From the NCBI RefSeq assembly GCF_963921235.1, contig NC_086097.1, positions 242,174,001 through 242,238,000 on the forward strand: DNA of 64,000 nt, written 5' to 3'. The position numbers and the translations under genes were made by a program. The notes below the pieces were generated by a model. It did no database searches. It worked only from the letters and a program-made list of their open reading frames with translations, and was not told the DNA's origin. Below, in pieces: positions 49,530-62,204 of this stretch (within the stretch, counting starts at the first letter, position 1; every line of letters starts with the position of its first letter). This DNA is from Mobula hypostoma (taxonomy: Eukaryota).

Positions 49530-50586
49530 CCACATGGAACCTTATCAAAGGCCTGACTGAAGTCCATATAGTTCACATCTACCATCCTGCCCTGATCAAC
49601 CTTCTTAGTTACTTCAAAAAACTCAATCAGATATGACCTCCCATGCTCAAAATCATGCAGATCATGTCTAATCAACACCTGTCTTTCCAAATGTCTGCAT
49701 ACCATATTCCTCAGGATCCAATCTAATAACTTAACCACTACGGATTTTGGGCTTACTGGTCAAGTGTTCGAAGTTTTTCTATACAGCTCGGTTTAAATAA
49801 AGGTACAACATTAGTTACCCTCCGGTCTTCCAGCACTTCACTTGTCACTCACGGTGAAGCAAATATCTCAGCAATTTCTCCTCTGGCTTCCCACAGAGTT
49901 CTTGGGAATATTACCTAATCAGATCCTGGAGGTTTATCTACATTCATACATTTTAAGATATTCAGTGCCTCTTCCGCTGTAACACAGATTATCCCCATGA
50001 CCTCTTCACTAAGATCCAAAGTCTTTATGTCTTTCTTACACTTAAAACAGAGGAGAAATGCTCATTATCCACTTTTTCCATCTCTGGTAATTCCACACAA
50101 AGACAATAATTTTCATCTTTGAGTTCCTTGTTTTCTCCTTAATTATTCTTTTCCCTTTAATATCCTTAAAAAATCACTTTTGATTCACCTTAATCTTCTC
50201 TGCCAACACTATCTCACGCTGTCTTAGAGTCATAAAGTGAAAGGTAGAAAAGCAGGTCGTTCGGCCCACATAGTCCATGCTCAATTATTAATCTGCCTAG
50301 TTCCATCTGCCTGTACCCAGACCATAGCCCTCCATACCCCTCCCATCCATGTACATCCAAGCTTCTCTTAAATGTTGAATTCAAACCCACATCCATCACT
50401 ACCGCTGGCAGCTCGTTCCACACTCTCACCACCCTCTGAGTGAAGAAGTTCCCTCTCATGTTCCCCTTAAACATTTCATCTTTCACCCTTTACCCATGAC
50501 CTCTAGTTCCAGTTTTACCCAACCTCAGTTTGAAAAGCCTCCTTGCTTTTACCCTCCCTAAACCCGTCATAATTTTGTATACCTCC
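49530..50586 (-). mobile_element. Degenerate CR1 fragments
   Basis: MDFSQAFDKVP (49460-49738) and NFFTQRVVRVWNELP (50214-50486). Confidence 0.8.
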
Positions 50587-51269
50587 CTGTGCCATGAACT
50601 AGTGAGGGTAAGAATAGGAGGATATGGCAAATGAATCAGTGGTGGAAATGTTAGTGTAGGCGGCATGGATTCATATTCGTGGACCATTGGGATCTCCTTG
50701 GGTTCTCCATTGGGCTTCATTACCCAGGACATGTCCTCTTCTCATTGTTACCATCAAGGAGGAGGTACAAGAGCCTGAAGACGCACGTTCAACATTTTAG
50801 AATCAGCTTCTTCTGCACTGTCATTAGATTTCTGAATGGACAATGAACCCATATCACACTATTTGTTTCTAACTTTGCTCTCTTTTTGCACTACTTAGAG
50901 CCTCAGGGCCCATGACACTATTTTCAGGAACAGTTATTACCCCTCAGCCATCAGGCTCTTGAACCAGAGAAGTTAACTGCACTCAGCTTCACCACCCCGT
51001 CACTGACCTGTTCCCGCAACCTATGGATGGATTCACTTTCAAGGACTCTTCATCTCATTCATTGATTTTTTAAAAATTTGCACAATTTGTTGTCTTTTGC
51101 ACAATTAGTCATTCATCTATCCTGTTGGATATGGTCTTTCAACAATTCTATCGAGTTTCTTGGATCTACCGTGTATTCCGTAAAAGAACAAATTTGAGGG
51201 CTGTATATGGTGAGAGATATATATACTTAGATAATAAACTTACTTTGTACTTTACTTATTTAATTATAT

Positions 51270-51314
<45 letters not shown>

Positions 51315-51519
51315 AATGTACAGCTGAATCTGAATCTGAGCAAGAAAAGACCATTGGATTAAATTGCAATCTGAATGCAAGAGGACTAATAAGTAAGGCA
51401 GATAAATTCACAGTGTGTATAGTTACCTTGGACTAGAATATTATAGCCATTACAGAAACATAACTGAGGACTTGTTACAGGAGGTGTAGGTGAGAAAGAG
51501 GTAGATGAAAGCAAGGATG

Positions 51520-53165
51520 GGGATGGCTCCTCCCACCTCCTTCAAACCAAAGCTGTAGCCATGGTTCCTCACTTTGGTCCCAGCTATGCCTGCCTGCTTG
51601 TCAGCAATGGGGAACAGTCCATGTTCGATAGATAGACTTTATTAATCCCGAGGAAGATTTGGTTTCGTTACAGCCGCACCAACCAAGAATAGAGCGTTCC
51701 AGCCTACAGCACTATACCTTCCCAGCTTTTCCTGTGCTACATCGACAGCTGCTTTGGTGCTGCTTCCTGCACTCAGGCTGAGCCTTTCAACTTCATGAAC
51801 TTTGCCTCCAACTTCCACCCTGCCCTCAAATTTACTTAGTCAATTTCTGACACCTCCCTCCCCTTTCTTGATCTCTCCGTCTCCATCTCTGGACACAGTC
51901 TACCTACTGATACCTTTTATAAACCCACTGATTCTCACAGCTACCTGGACTATACCTCTTCCCATCCCATCACTTGTAAAAAAATGTCATCCCCTTCTCT
52001 CAGTTCCTTTGTCTCTGCCGCATCTGCTCTCAGGATGATGTTTTTTATTCCAGATCAAAGGAGATGCCTTCCTTCTTCGAAGAAAGGGACTTTCCTTCCT
52101 CCACCATCAACACTGCCCTCACCTGCGTCTCTTCCATTTCACACACATCTGCCCTCACCCCATCTTCCCGCCACCTCACCAAGGACAGGGTTCCTCTTGA
52201 TCTCACCTACTACCCACCAGCCTCTGCATCCAACACATAATTCTCTAAAACTTCCGCTATTGTCAACGGGGTTCCACCACCAAACACATCTTTCCCTCCC
52301 CTGCACTTTACACTTTCTGCAGGAATCGCTCCCTTGCCCACTCATCCCTTCCCACTGATCTCCCTCCTGGTACTTATCCCTGCAAGCACACCAGGTGCCA
52401 CACCTGCCCCTACACCTCCTCCCTCACGACCATTCAGGGCCCCGAGCAGCCCTTCCAGGTGAGGAGCCACTTCACCTGTGAGTCTGTTGTGGTCATATAC
52501 TCTATTTGCTGCTCCTTTTGTGGCCTCCTGTATACCAGTGAGACCTGACGTAGATGAGGAGGCTGCTTCAGCGAGCCCCTACGCTCCGTCCACCAGAAAA
52601 AGCAGGACCTCCCAGTGGCCACCCATTTCAATCCTTCGTCCCATTCCAATTCTGACATGTCAGTCCATGGCCTCCTTTATTGTTGTGATGAGGCCACACT
52701 CAAGTTGGAAGAGCAACACCTTGCATTCCGTCTGGGTAGCCTCCAATCGATGGCATGAACATCGATTTCAAAACTTGCAGTAATTGCACCACCCCCCCCC
52801 ACCATTCCCCATTCCTGTTTCCCTCTCTCACTTTATCTCCTTACCTGCCCATCACCTCCCTCTGGTGCTCCTCCACCTTCCCTTTCTTCCATGGTCTTCT
52901 AACCTCTCCTATCAGATTCCCCCTTCTCCATCACTTTATCTTGTTCACCAATCAACTTCCCAGTTCTTTACTTCACTCCTCCCCCTCTCCCAGTTTCACC
53001 AATCACCTACCACCTTGTACTTCTCTCTCCCCTCCCCATCTCTTGCTTTGAATTTTCATCTTTTTTTCGGCCCCGAAGAAGGGTCTCAGCCCAAAACGTT
53101 GGCTGTTTATTCATTTCTATAGATACTGCCTGGCCTGCAGAGCTCTTCCGCATTTTGTGTGTGTC
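51520..53165 (+). mobile_element. Penelope-like element (RT C-terminus, GIY-YIG, pLTR), degenerate
   Basis: Colinear with 55791-57549; degenerate hammerhead at about 53069-53105. Confidence 0.85.
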
Positions 53166-53886
53166 GCCATGGGGAGCTGCATTTCTGATTCAGGAGAACA
53201 TCACTGCAGTAGCTCGAGGTGAAATTACAAAGCAATCATCCAGTCATGCTTTATGGGTGGAGTTGAGAAATAAGAAGATTATACTTTAGTTCCCCAGTGG
53301 AGGAATGTGCTTGCCTACTTTCATTGGCAATTAGAGGAACAAATATGCAGGCAGATTACAGAAAGTTGCAAGAATATTAGAGTTGTCATCGTAAGGGATT
53401 TTAACTTTCCTAATATAGACTGGGACTGCAATAGTATTAAGATGGGATGGAATTTGTTAAGTATGTTCAGGAAAGTTTCTTCACTCAATATATTGAAGGC
53501 ACTACGAGGGAGAGAGAAACATCTAACCTACTGTTGGGAAATGGAGGTGATAATAGGGGAGCACCTTGGGTCCACCACTATTCGTTTTACATTAGTTATG
53601 GAAAGGGACATATTTGGTCCGCATGTTATTTCTCTAAACTGGGCATGGCAAATTTTGATGATGCTAATTAGGACCGAGTAAAAATTGATTAGAGTAGGTT
53701 GCTAGCAGGCAACGGGACATCTGACTTTTAAAAGTGAGATATTGAGAGTTCAAGATCTACATGTCCTGTTAGATTGCAAGGCAGGGCTGGCAATGGTAGG
53801 GAACCCTGAATGACAAGGGACATTTAGACTCTGGGTCAGGATAAAAGGTGTCATCAGTCAGGTACAGGCAGCTGGGATCAATTGAA

Positions 53887-54046
53887 AAATCTCTTACTAG
53901 CTCTTCCTTCAGTTAGTCCTGACGAAGGGTCTCGCCCGAAACGTCGACTGTACCTCTTCCTAGGGATGCTGCCTGGCCTGCTGCGTTCACCAGCAACTTT
54001 GATGTGTGTTGCTTGAATTGCCAGCATCTGCAGAATTCCTCGTGTT
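53887..54046 (+). mobile_element. 160-bp Penelope pLTR-only insertion carrying an intact hammerhead
   Basis: 14-bp TSD TGGGATCAATTGAA (53873-53886, 54047-54060); core AGTC-CTGACGA-A-GGG-TCTCG-CCC-GAAA-CG-TC-GACT at 53915-53949. Confidence 0.9.
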
Positions 54047-55790
54047 TGGGATCAATTGAATTCCAGGAGGCGGTTAGGGGTTGCGGGACTGTCACATAAA
54101 GGAAATCAGAAGGACAAAAGGACCTGGCAGGTGTGGATAGGGACAGGGTGTTTTCTGGCAAAGGTGTACTTGGTAAGTGGGAGGTCTTCAAAATTGAAAT
54201 TTTGGGAGTACAGAGTTTGTAATGCTCCTGTCAGAATAAAATGCAAGGATAACAGGTTTTGGGAACCTTGGTTTTTGAGAGATAGTGAAGTTAGCAGGTA
54301 GAGGCAGCTTGGAACAAATTGGGTATTTGAGGAGTACAGTATAAGAAATGAAACAGAACACTTGAGAAAGAAATCAGGAGGGATAAAACAAGGCACAAAG
54401 TTGCTCCAGCAGACAAGGTGAAGGAGAATCCTCAGGGCTTCTACGAGTATATTAGGAACAAGGGACAAAATTGGTGGTCGGGAAGGTCAGTGTGGTCATT
54501 GAGGCATGGAGCCAAAGGGGTGGGGGAGATCCCAAATGGATTGCTTGTATCCTTGTTTGCTCTGGAGACGGACACAGGGTCTAGAGAAGTGAAACAAAGC
54601 AGCAGTGAGGTCTTGCACTGTATGGATTACAGAGGAGGGGGTGTTTGCTGTCATGAGGCAAATTAATATGGATAAATCTCCAGGGCCCGACAAGGTGTTC
54701 CCTTGGACCTTGCGGGAGGCTAGCAGGGGCTGAGGCAGAGATATTTAAAATGTCCTTAACAACAAGTGAGGTGCCAGAGGATTGGAGCATAGCTAATGTC
54801 ATTTCATTGATTAAGAAAAGTTTTAAGAATAAGTCAGAAAATTATAGGTCAGTGAGCCTGACATCAGTAGTGGGTAAGTTATTGGCAGTTATTCTAAGTG
54901 ACCTGATATATAAATATTTGGCTAGACAGGGAGTGATTCACGATAGTCAACATGGAATTAGAAACATAGAAAACCTACAGCACAATACAGGCCCTTTGGC
55001 CCACGATGCTGTGCCGAACATGTACTTACTTTAGAAATTACCCAGGGTTACCCATTGTGTGTGGTAGGTCATGTCTAACTAACCTCATAAAATTCATTGA
55101 AGAGGTTACCAAGAAAGTTGATGAAGGACAGCCATTACATGTTGTCTACATGGACTTTACATTCCCATGTAGGACCTCCTTTGACAAGGTCCCGCATGGG
55201 AGGCCGGTCAAGAAGGCTCAGTTGTTTGGCATTCAGGATGAGGTAGTAAATTGGATTAGACATTGGCTTTGTGGGAGAAGCCAGAGAGTGGTAGTAGATG
55301 GCTGTCTCTCAGACTGAAGACCTGTGACTAGTGGTGTGCAGCAGGGATCGACCCTGGCTCCATTGCTGTTTGCTATCTACAGTATATCATCGTTCTGGAC
55401 AACAATGTAGTAAACTGGATCAGCAAAGTTGTGAATGATACCAAGATTGGGGGCATACTGGACAGTGAGAAAGGCTCTCAAAACTTGCAGTGGGATCTGG
55501 ACGAGCTTGAAAAAAGGGCTGAAAATGGCAGAAAGAATACAATGCCGACAAGTGTGAGGTGTTGCACTTTGGGAAGACAACCAAGGTAGGTCTTACATGT
55601 GAGTGGCAGGTCACTGAGGAGGGTGATAGAACAGAGGGATACATATCCATAATTCCTTGAAAGTAACATCAGAGTGTCATGAAGAGAGCTTATGGTACAT
55701 TGGCCTTCATAATTCAAAGTAGTGAGTACAGGAGTTGGGATGTTATGTTGAAATTGATCAACACATTAGTGAAGTCCAATTTGGAGTATT

Positions 55791-57549
55791 TGGACACCAG
55801 ACCTAACCAGTTCCCCTCCACCACCACTCTCTGCGTAATGGAACGTTCTCATTGACAATAATTTCTCCTTTGGCTGCTCCCACTTCCTTCAAACAAAGGG
55901 TGTATCCATGGGCGCTCACATGGGTCGAAGCTATGCCTGCCTGTTTGTCGGCTACGAGGAACAGTCTATGTTCCAAGCCTGCACTGGTGACCGTCCCAAA
56001 CTTTTCCTGCGCTACATCAATGACTGCATTGGTGCTGCTTCCTGTACCCAAGCTGAACTCAGCGACTTCATCCACTTTGTCTCCAACTTCCACCCTGCCC
56101 TCAAATTCACCTGGCCCTTTTCCGACCCCTCCCTTCCCTTTCTCGATCTCACTGTTTCGAGATCTGGAGACAGCTTATCCACCGATGTCTATTACATACT
56201 CACAGACTCTCACGGCTACCTAGACTACACTTCGTCCCACCCTACTACTTGTAAAAACCCCATCCCCTTTTTCTCGATTCCTCTGTCTCCGCCGCATCTG
56301 CTGTCAGGATGAGGCTTTTCATTCTAGAACGAAGGGGCTTCCCTTCCTCAACCATCAACGCTGCCCTCAGCCGCACCTCTTCCATTTCGCGCACTTTTGC
56401 TTTTACCCCATCCTCCCACCATCCTACCAGGGATGGGGTTCCTCTTCTCCTCATCTACCACCCCACCAGCCTCCGTGTCCAACACATAATTCTTCGAAAC
56501 TTCTGCCGTCTCTAACAGGATCCCACCACCAAGCACATCTTTCCTACCCCCCACCTTCTGCTTTCGGTAGGGATCGCTCCCTACGCGACTCCCTTGTCCA
56601 TTTGTCCCGCCCCACTAATCTCCCTCCTGGCACCTCCATGCAAGTGGAACAAGTGCTACACCAGCACCTACACCTCTTCCCTCACTACCGTCCGGGGTCC
56701 TAAACAGTCCTTCCAGGTGAGACGACACTTCACCTGTGAGTCTACTGAGGTCATTTACTGTGTTCGGTGCTCCCGGTGTGGCCTCCTGAATATCGGTGAG
56801 ACCCAATGTAGACTGGGAGACCGCTTCGCTGAGCATCCGCCAGAACAAGCGGGATCTCCCAGTGGCCACCTATTTTAATTCCACTTCTCATTCCCATTTG
56901 AATATGTCCATCTATGGCCTCCCCCACTGTCATGATGAGGTCACACGTGGTTCGGAGGAACAGCACCTTACATTCCGTTTGTGTAGCCTCCAACCTCGAT
57001 TTCTCAAACTTCCGATAATGGCCCCCAACATCCTCTCCATTTCCCATCCCCTTTTCCCTCTCTCACCTCGTTTTCTCTCCTTCTTCGTCTTGTTTTACAG
57101 TGGTTGGCACCCAGCTTGGTGGTGCATTACCGCCACCTTCTGCTCTGGAGTGTGCAATAGACTTACTTTCTAAATCCCTTCACCCAATCTCACACACACA
57201 CATACCCTAACCTACACTTTATCCTCCCATCTTTGGCCATCCTAGCACCCTATTCCTGCTTATCCGTCATATCCTATAAAAAAAACCCTGTACCCCTTAA
57301 GAAAGCTAAAAAATACCCTCTCTCAGCTCATCTCACCAATCAACTTCCCAGCTCTTTACGTCATCCCTCCTCTCCTGGTTTCAACTTTCACCTGGTGTTT
57401 CTCTCTCCCCTCCCCCCAGCTTTTAAATCTACTCCTTATCTTTTTTTTCTCCAGCCCTGCAGAGGGGTCTCGGCCGAAAACGTCGACTGTACTCTTTCCC
57501 ATAAATGCTGCCTGGCCTGCTGAGTTCCTCCAACATTTTGTGTGTGTTG
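55791..57549 (+). mobile_element. Penelope-like element, 5'-truncated
   Basis: 11-bp TSD TTTGGAGTATT (55780-55790, 57550-57560); RT MGAHMGRSYACLFVG..FLRYINDC..LPFLDL; GIY-YIG VIYCVRCSRCGLLNIGET..RLGDRFAEH. Confidence 0.92.
57081..57317 (-). mobile_element. Short 3' end of an I/Nimb-like LINE inserted in the Penelope pLTR
   Basis: Reverse strand ends GGTGGCGGTAATGCACC..GGGTGCCAACCACTGTAAAACAAGACGAAGAA; absent from the other pLTR copies. Family by resemblance. Confidence 0.55.
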
Positions 57550-58578
57550 TTTGGAGTATTGTGTACAGTTCTGGTCACCTTGTTGCAGGAAAGAGATGAA
57601 TAAGATTGAAGGAGTACAGAGAAAATTTATAAGGATGTTTCCCGAACTTGAGTACCTGTGTTATAGGGAGAGGTTGAATAGAATCATAGAGGCGTAGCAA
57701 AGTACAGCACAGAAACAGGCCCTTCGGTCCATCTAGTCGATGCCGAACCATTTAAACCAAATAGTTAGGATTTTATTCCCTAGAGGGTAGGAGAATGAGG
57801 GAGACTTGATGGAGGTATACAAAACTATGGGGGTATAAACAGGATAGAAGCAAGTAGAGAAACTTGGATTAATATGTGGCTGTGAGGGGTACGAAGAACT
57901 ATGGTCTGGGTGCAGGTCAATGTGATGAGGCAGAATAATGGTTCAGCATGACTAGATGGGCTGAAGAGCCTTTTTCTCTGCTGTAGTGTTATTTGACTGA
58001 ATGAGTAGCCTGGAGATCAGCACCCTGGAGGTCAGACAGCATCTATAGAGAGGAATAAGCAGTCGATGTTTTGAGCCCAGATTCTCCATCTCAACCGAAG
58101 GGTGCTGATAAAGGGTCTCGGCCTGAAATATGACCGTTTATTCCTCTCCACAGATGCTGCCTGGCCTGCTGAGATCCTCCACCATTTTGTCTGTGTTGCT
58201 CCGGATTTCGCACAAGCTCCTGCGTGTTTAACTTCTTTTCTAACTCCTCATATTCAACCTGTGGGACCTCATCCCTTGGTCTATCTGTGGCATTTGTGCC
58301 AGCGTGCACAATGACTTATGGGTGCCAGCCCTTCTTCCCTTTGACAATGTTCTGAAATTAAAAGAGATATATATTTTTAACCCGTGACTCAAGAGGCCGT
58401 AAATGCTGGAATCTGCCGGAGAGACTCTGCCGGTCTGGTAGTATCTGGTGGGGGAGTGATGTGGTCGTATGTTGGGGTGGGGAGGGGGTGTAGGAATTGT
58501 CGACATTTCGCGTCGAAACCCTGAGTCGGGACTGTCCGAGGGTCTCGATCCGAAACGCGAACAATTCTGTCCCGCCAC

Positions 58579-58659
58579 CTTCACAGACGTTGCCGGTCCC
58601 GCCAGCAGGTTGCTCGCTGTGTACAAGTTTTTTGAGCTTTGATAAGTATATAAACCAAG
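58579..58659 (-). CDS. Candidate exon 2 of the small host gene
   Basis: Strong pyrimidine tract and CATTTCTTCTCAG acceptor; donor AAG|GTGGCG (weak); 81 nt, phase 0 to 0; LGLYTYQSSKNLYTASNLLAGPATSVK. Confidence 0.55.
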
Positions 58660-58855
58660 CTGAGAAGAAATGTGATGAACACGGGGGAGAGTAAACGGGG
58701 AGGAAGAGAATGTCAGCTATAATCGGCGTGTAATTCGATCTGTCTTTCTGGTACAAAACAGCCTTGAAAATTTCCGAATTAGGTTTTGCACACCGTCGCC
58801 CAGAACTTGGAGTTTTTTCTCTCCTCGCTTGGCGTTGCGTTCAGCACCATTCGGG

Positions 58856-58857
<2 letters not shown>

Positions 58858-58939
<82 letters not shown>
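58858..58939. repeat. (CA)n microsatellite, about 40 units
   Basis: Perfect dinucleotide run; shorter ones at about 42398-42435 and 51268-51311. Confidence 0.99.
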
Positions 58940-58943
<4 letters not shown>

Positions 58944-58979
58944 CTCACTAACGAGCCTCGGAGGATCGAGAAAACTCAC

Positions 58980-59021
58980 CTGAAAATAGTCAGTAAGAAA
59001 GCCGAACAGTTCCCCCCACAT
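58980..59021 (-). CDS. Candidate first coding exon, minus-strand gene
   Basis: GGGATGT start, MWGELFGFLTDYFQ, consensus donor CAG|GTGAGT, inside the CpG-rich region. Confidence 0.6.
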
Positions 59022-59130
59022 CCCCCTGGCAGATTCTTAGTAAAGTTCCGAAAGATAGCAACCGGCAGCGGGGCAACGTCGGGGAGAAGATACTTCGCGT
59101 TCGGTTCATTTCGATGCTGAGTTAGCGGCG

Positions 59131-59252
59131 ATGGATCGATTCGCTGCAATGAACCCTAACAGTTTAAAACTGATGTTCACCAAAAAGAACGGGGAGAAAA
59201 CTCAGCTGGTGATGGACGTGCCGAGCAATAAGTATACCTCAGCGCAAGAAAG
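59131..59252 (+). CDS. First coding exon of an unidentified plus-strand gene (continues beyond window)
   Basis: Strong Kozak GCGGCGATGG; MDRFAAMNPNSLKLMFTKKNGEKTQLVMDVPSNKYTSAQE; consensus donor AAG|GTAAGT, phase 2. Confidence 0.75.
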
Positions 59253-59764
59253 GTAAGTTTTACACCTTCCCCTCTGCTATTCTTTCGGTACTTTTGCCGG
59301 AGTCGCCGCTGAGAGGGTACTCCTGAGGTGGGTGGGTTTGGCGGCATTTCGGCAGGAAGCTGTGCAGTCTGCCCCTGCGAGCGGACACAAGTGGCTACTG
59401 CGCTCGGCTTCAACTGAATGCGAGTGTTTTCCACTGCCTCCGGTTCAACATTGGTGTGCTGGGGACGGGAGTGTGGAGACGGAGCCAAAGAATAGATTGA
59501 CCCTTTCTGTAAGAAACCGACAATAACCCCGGGGAGATTCGGGCGCCTAAAACTAAACCCTGAAGTCACAGATCAAGACTCTCAAGCGTTGACGCGAGGG
59601 GACGTCCTCAGAATGGATGGTGATCGGGGTTCAGTCAAATTGGATTTCTTTCCTGCGAATAAACGACTTTAGATTGGGCGCGGATGCGGATCGCCGCCTG
59701 ATTTGTTGTTCGGTGTAGCCAGACAAAGAGAGCTTCAGGACCAAACACAATCCCGATTTGTCCG

Positions 59765-60675
59765 CAGGGATCTGTGCTGGGACCTCTGCTTTTGGATGCA
59801 GATCCAGATGGGTGGGTTGGTAAACTTGCGGATGACACCAGAATTGGTGGAGTTGAGGATAGTGTAGAAGACTGCTGAAGAATGCAGCACGAAACCGATC
59901 AGTTGCGGATATGGGCTGAGAAATGGCAGTTGAAGTTTAACCCAGATAGATGTGAGGTGTTGCACCGTGGCAGGGTAAAGGCAAGGAGACAGTACACTAT
60001 TAAGGACAGGGTCCTTAACTGTGATGCTGAGCAGAGAGATCTCGGGATCCAAGTTCATAGCTCGTTGAAAGTGGCGACACCGGTCGGTAAGGTCGTTAAG
60101 AAGACTTATGGAATGTTTGAACTCTATGTCGAGGCACAGAGTTCAAAAGTCAGGAGGTTAAAACTGGTCAGGCCACATCTGGACTGTTACATACTGGTCT
60201 GGTTGCCCCACTGTAGGAAGGATGTTGGGGCTTTGGAGAGGGTGCAGAAGAGGTTTACCTGGTTTAGAGGGCAGGTGCTATCACTAGAGGCTGGATAAAC
60301 TTGGGTTGTTTTCTCTGGAGCGGCAGAGGCTGAGGGATTTATAAAATTATGAGAGGCATAGAGAGAGTGAACTGAGAGTATCTGTTTCCCAGGGTCGAAA
60401 TATCGAACACCAGAGGGCATACGTTGAAGGTGAGAGGGGGTAGGTTTAAGGGGGATATGAGGGGTCAGTTTTTTTACTCAGAGAGTGGTGGATGCCTGGA
60501 GGGAAAGGCAAATACATTAGAGGCTTTTGAGAGATATTTGGATAGGCAGGTGGATGTAAGGAAGATTGAGGGATATGATGGAGGTAGGTGGGATTAGTGT
60601 TTGGGTGTTTTTGATTTGCTTTTTGGCTGGTTTGGCACAACATGGTGGGCTGAATGGCCTGTTCTGTGTTCTATA
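59765..60675 (+). mobile_element. CR1 3' fragment
   Basis: [45 protein letters not shown]. Confidence 0.88.
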
Positions 60676-62204
60676 TCTGCCACCTCAGGGGTCACTGCCC
60701 TCCCAGTACTTGGTCAAGTTACATCGGCGGCCCAGGGCACTGAAGGAACAGCACCAAAAGAGTGCTTTACAGTGCCACCTGTAAGATTGGGGTTCGATTC
60801 CCACTGGTGCTTGCAAGAAATTCATGTTCTCTCCGTGACTGCATGTGCTTCCTCCAGGCGCTCCAATTTCCTCCCACAATCCAAAGATGTCCAAGTAAGG
60901 GTTAGGAACTTGTGCAAATGCTATGTTGGTGCCGGAAACATTGTGACACTTGCCCCCAGCACATCATGGACTGTGTTGATCGATGACGAAAGCAACGTAT
61001 ACTTTGTTGTATATGTGACAAATCAAGCTCATCTTCTCTTCAAATCTTCTAAATTCATTGGCAGACCAGGCAAGCCAACGTCAATGGACTCTCCCAGGCC
61101 AACATCAATGATCAACGGTCCTGGTGGTTAGATTACATAGATTAGTAAATTGTGGGCATACTGTGTTGACACTTGCAGGCTGCCTCGGATTGTGTTGGTT
61201 GTTGACGCAAACCATTATTCACTGTATGGCTTGGTATTTCAATGTGTCAGCTAAGACCTTAAGACACAGGAGCAGAATGAGGCCATCAGCCACAAAACAA
61301 AGAAACCCAAAGAACCCATTCAAAAAAAGACCCAATGTGCAGAGAGGAAAAAAAGCAAATCGTGCAAACAATATAAGTAAGCAAATAGCATTCGGAATTG
61401 AAGTTCATAAAAGTGATTCCACAGCCAATTCAGAAGCCGGTTCCGCTGTGGCCACCTCGTGGAGCAGCGAGCTGAACCGGCCCAGCCGTGACACTGTGTA
61501 TTTTCAATATTTCGATGCACACGTGGCAAATAAAGCTGATCTTTATCACTGGAGTTTATTTATAATAAAGTAAGTAACTGGGTTGGAGAATCAGGTTTAT
61601 TACCACTGACATATGTCGTGAAATTGCAGTAGCAGTACATTGCAATACATAAAATGTTACTACAAGTTACAGTTAGAAAGATATCAAAATAAATAAGTAG
61701 TGCAAAAAGAGCAAAATAGTGAGGTATTATTGATGGGCTCATTTTTTATTGATTTATTGATACACTGATTGATTTATTGAATTTATTGATTCTGTAACTT
61801 AATCATGGGACAATTTACAATAACTAATTAACCTACCCAGTACATCTTCAGACTATGGGAGGAAACCAGAGAACTGGGGAAAATGCATGCATTCCACAGG
61901 GTGGACGTACAGAGACTCCTTACAGAACGGTGCCTGAATTGCATTCCAAACTCCGGAATGCCCCAAGCTGTAATAGTGTCACACTAATCGCGACGCTACT
62001 CAGAAATTTTATGACAGAGGGGAAGAAGACATTCTGAAGGTATTAAGGTTGTGTCTTGCTCCCTGATGGTAGCAATGAGGGCATGTCCTGGGTGGTGGGA
62101 ATCCTTAATGACGTACATGATAGGTTAATTATCAGGGTTGAGTTATGAGAAGAGATTGGAAATACCGGGTCAGTTTACCATGGGCAGAACAGGTTGAGAG
62201 GTGA

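Larger units (their letters stand above)
53172..57995 (+). mobile_element. Degenerate CR1 ORF2 with nested insertions
   Basis: APE (RDFNFPNIDW), RT ([30 protein letters not shown]) and 3' end; interrupted at 53887, about 54958-55053 (CR1 tail, minus) and 55791. Confidence 0.85.
58400..59765. promoter_or_regulatory. CpG-island-like bidirectional promoter region
   Basis: Mostly non-repetitive, visibly CpG-dense against a CpG-depleted background; divergent ATG+donor exons at 59021 (-) and 59131 (+). Confidence 0.75.
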
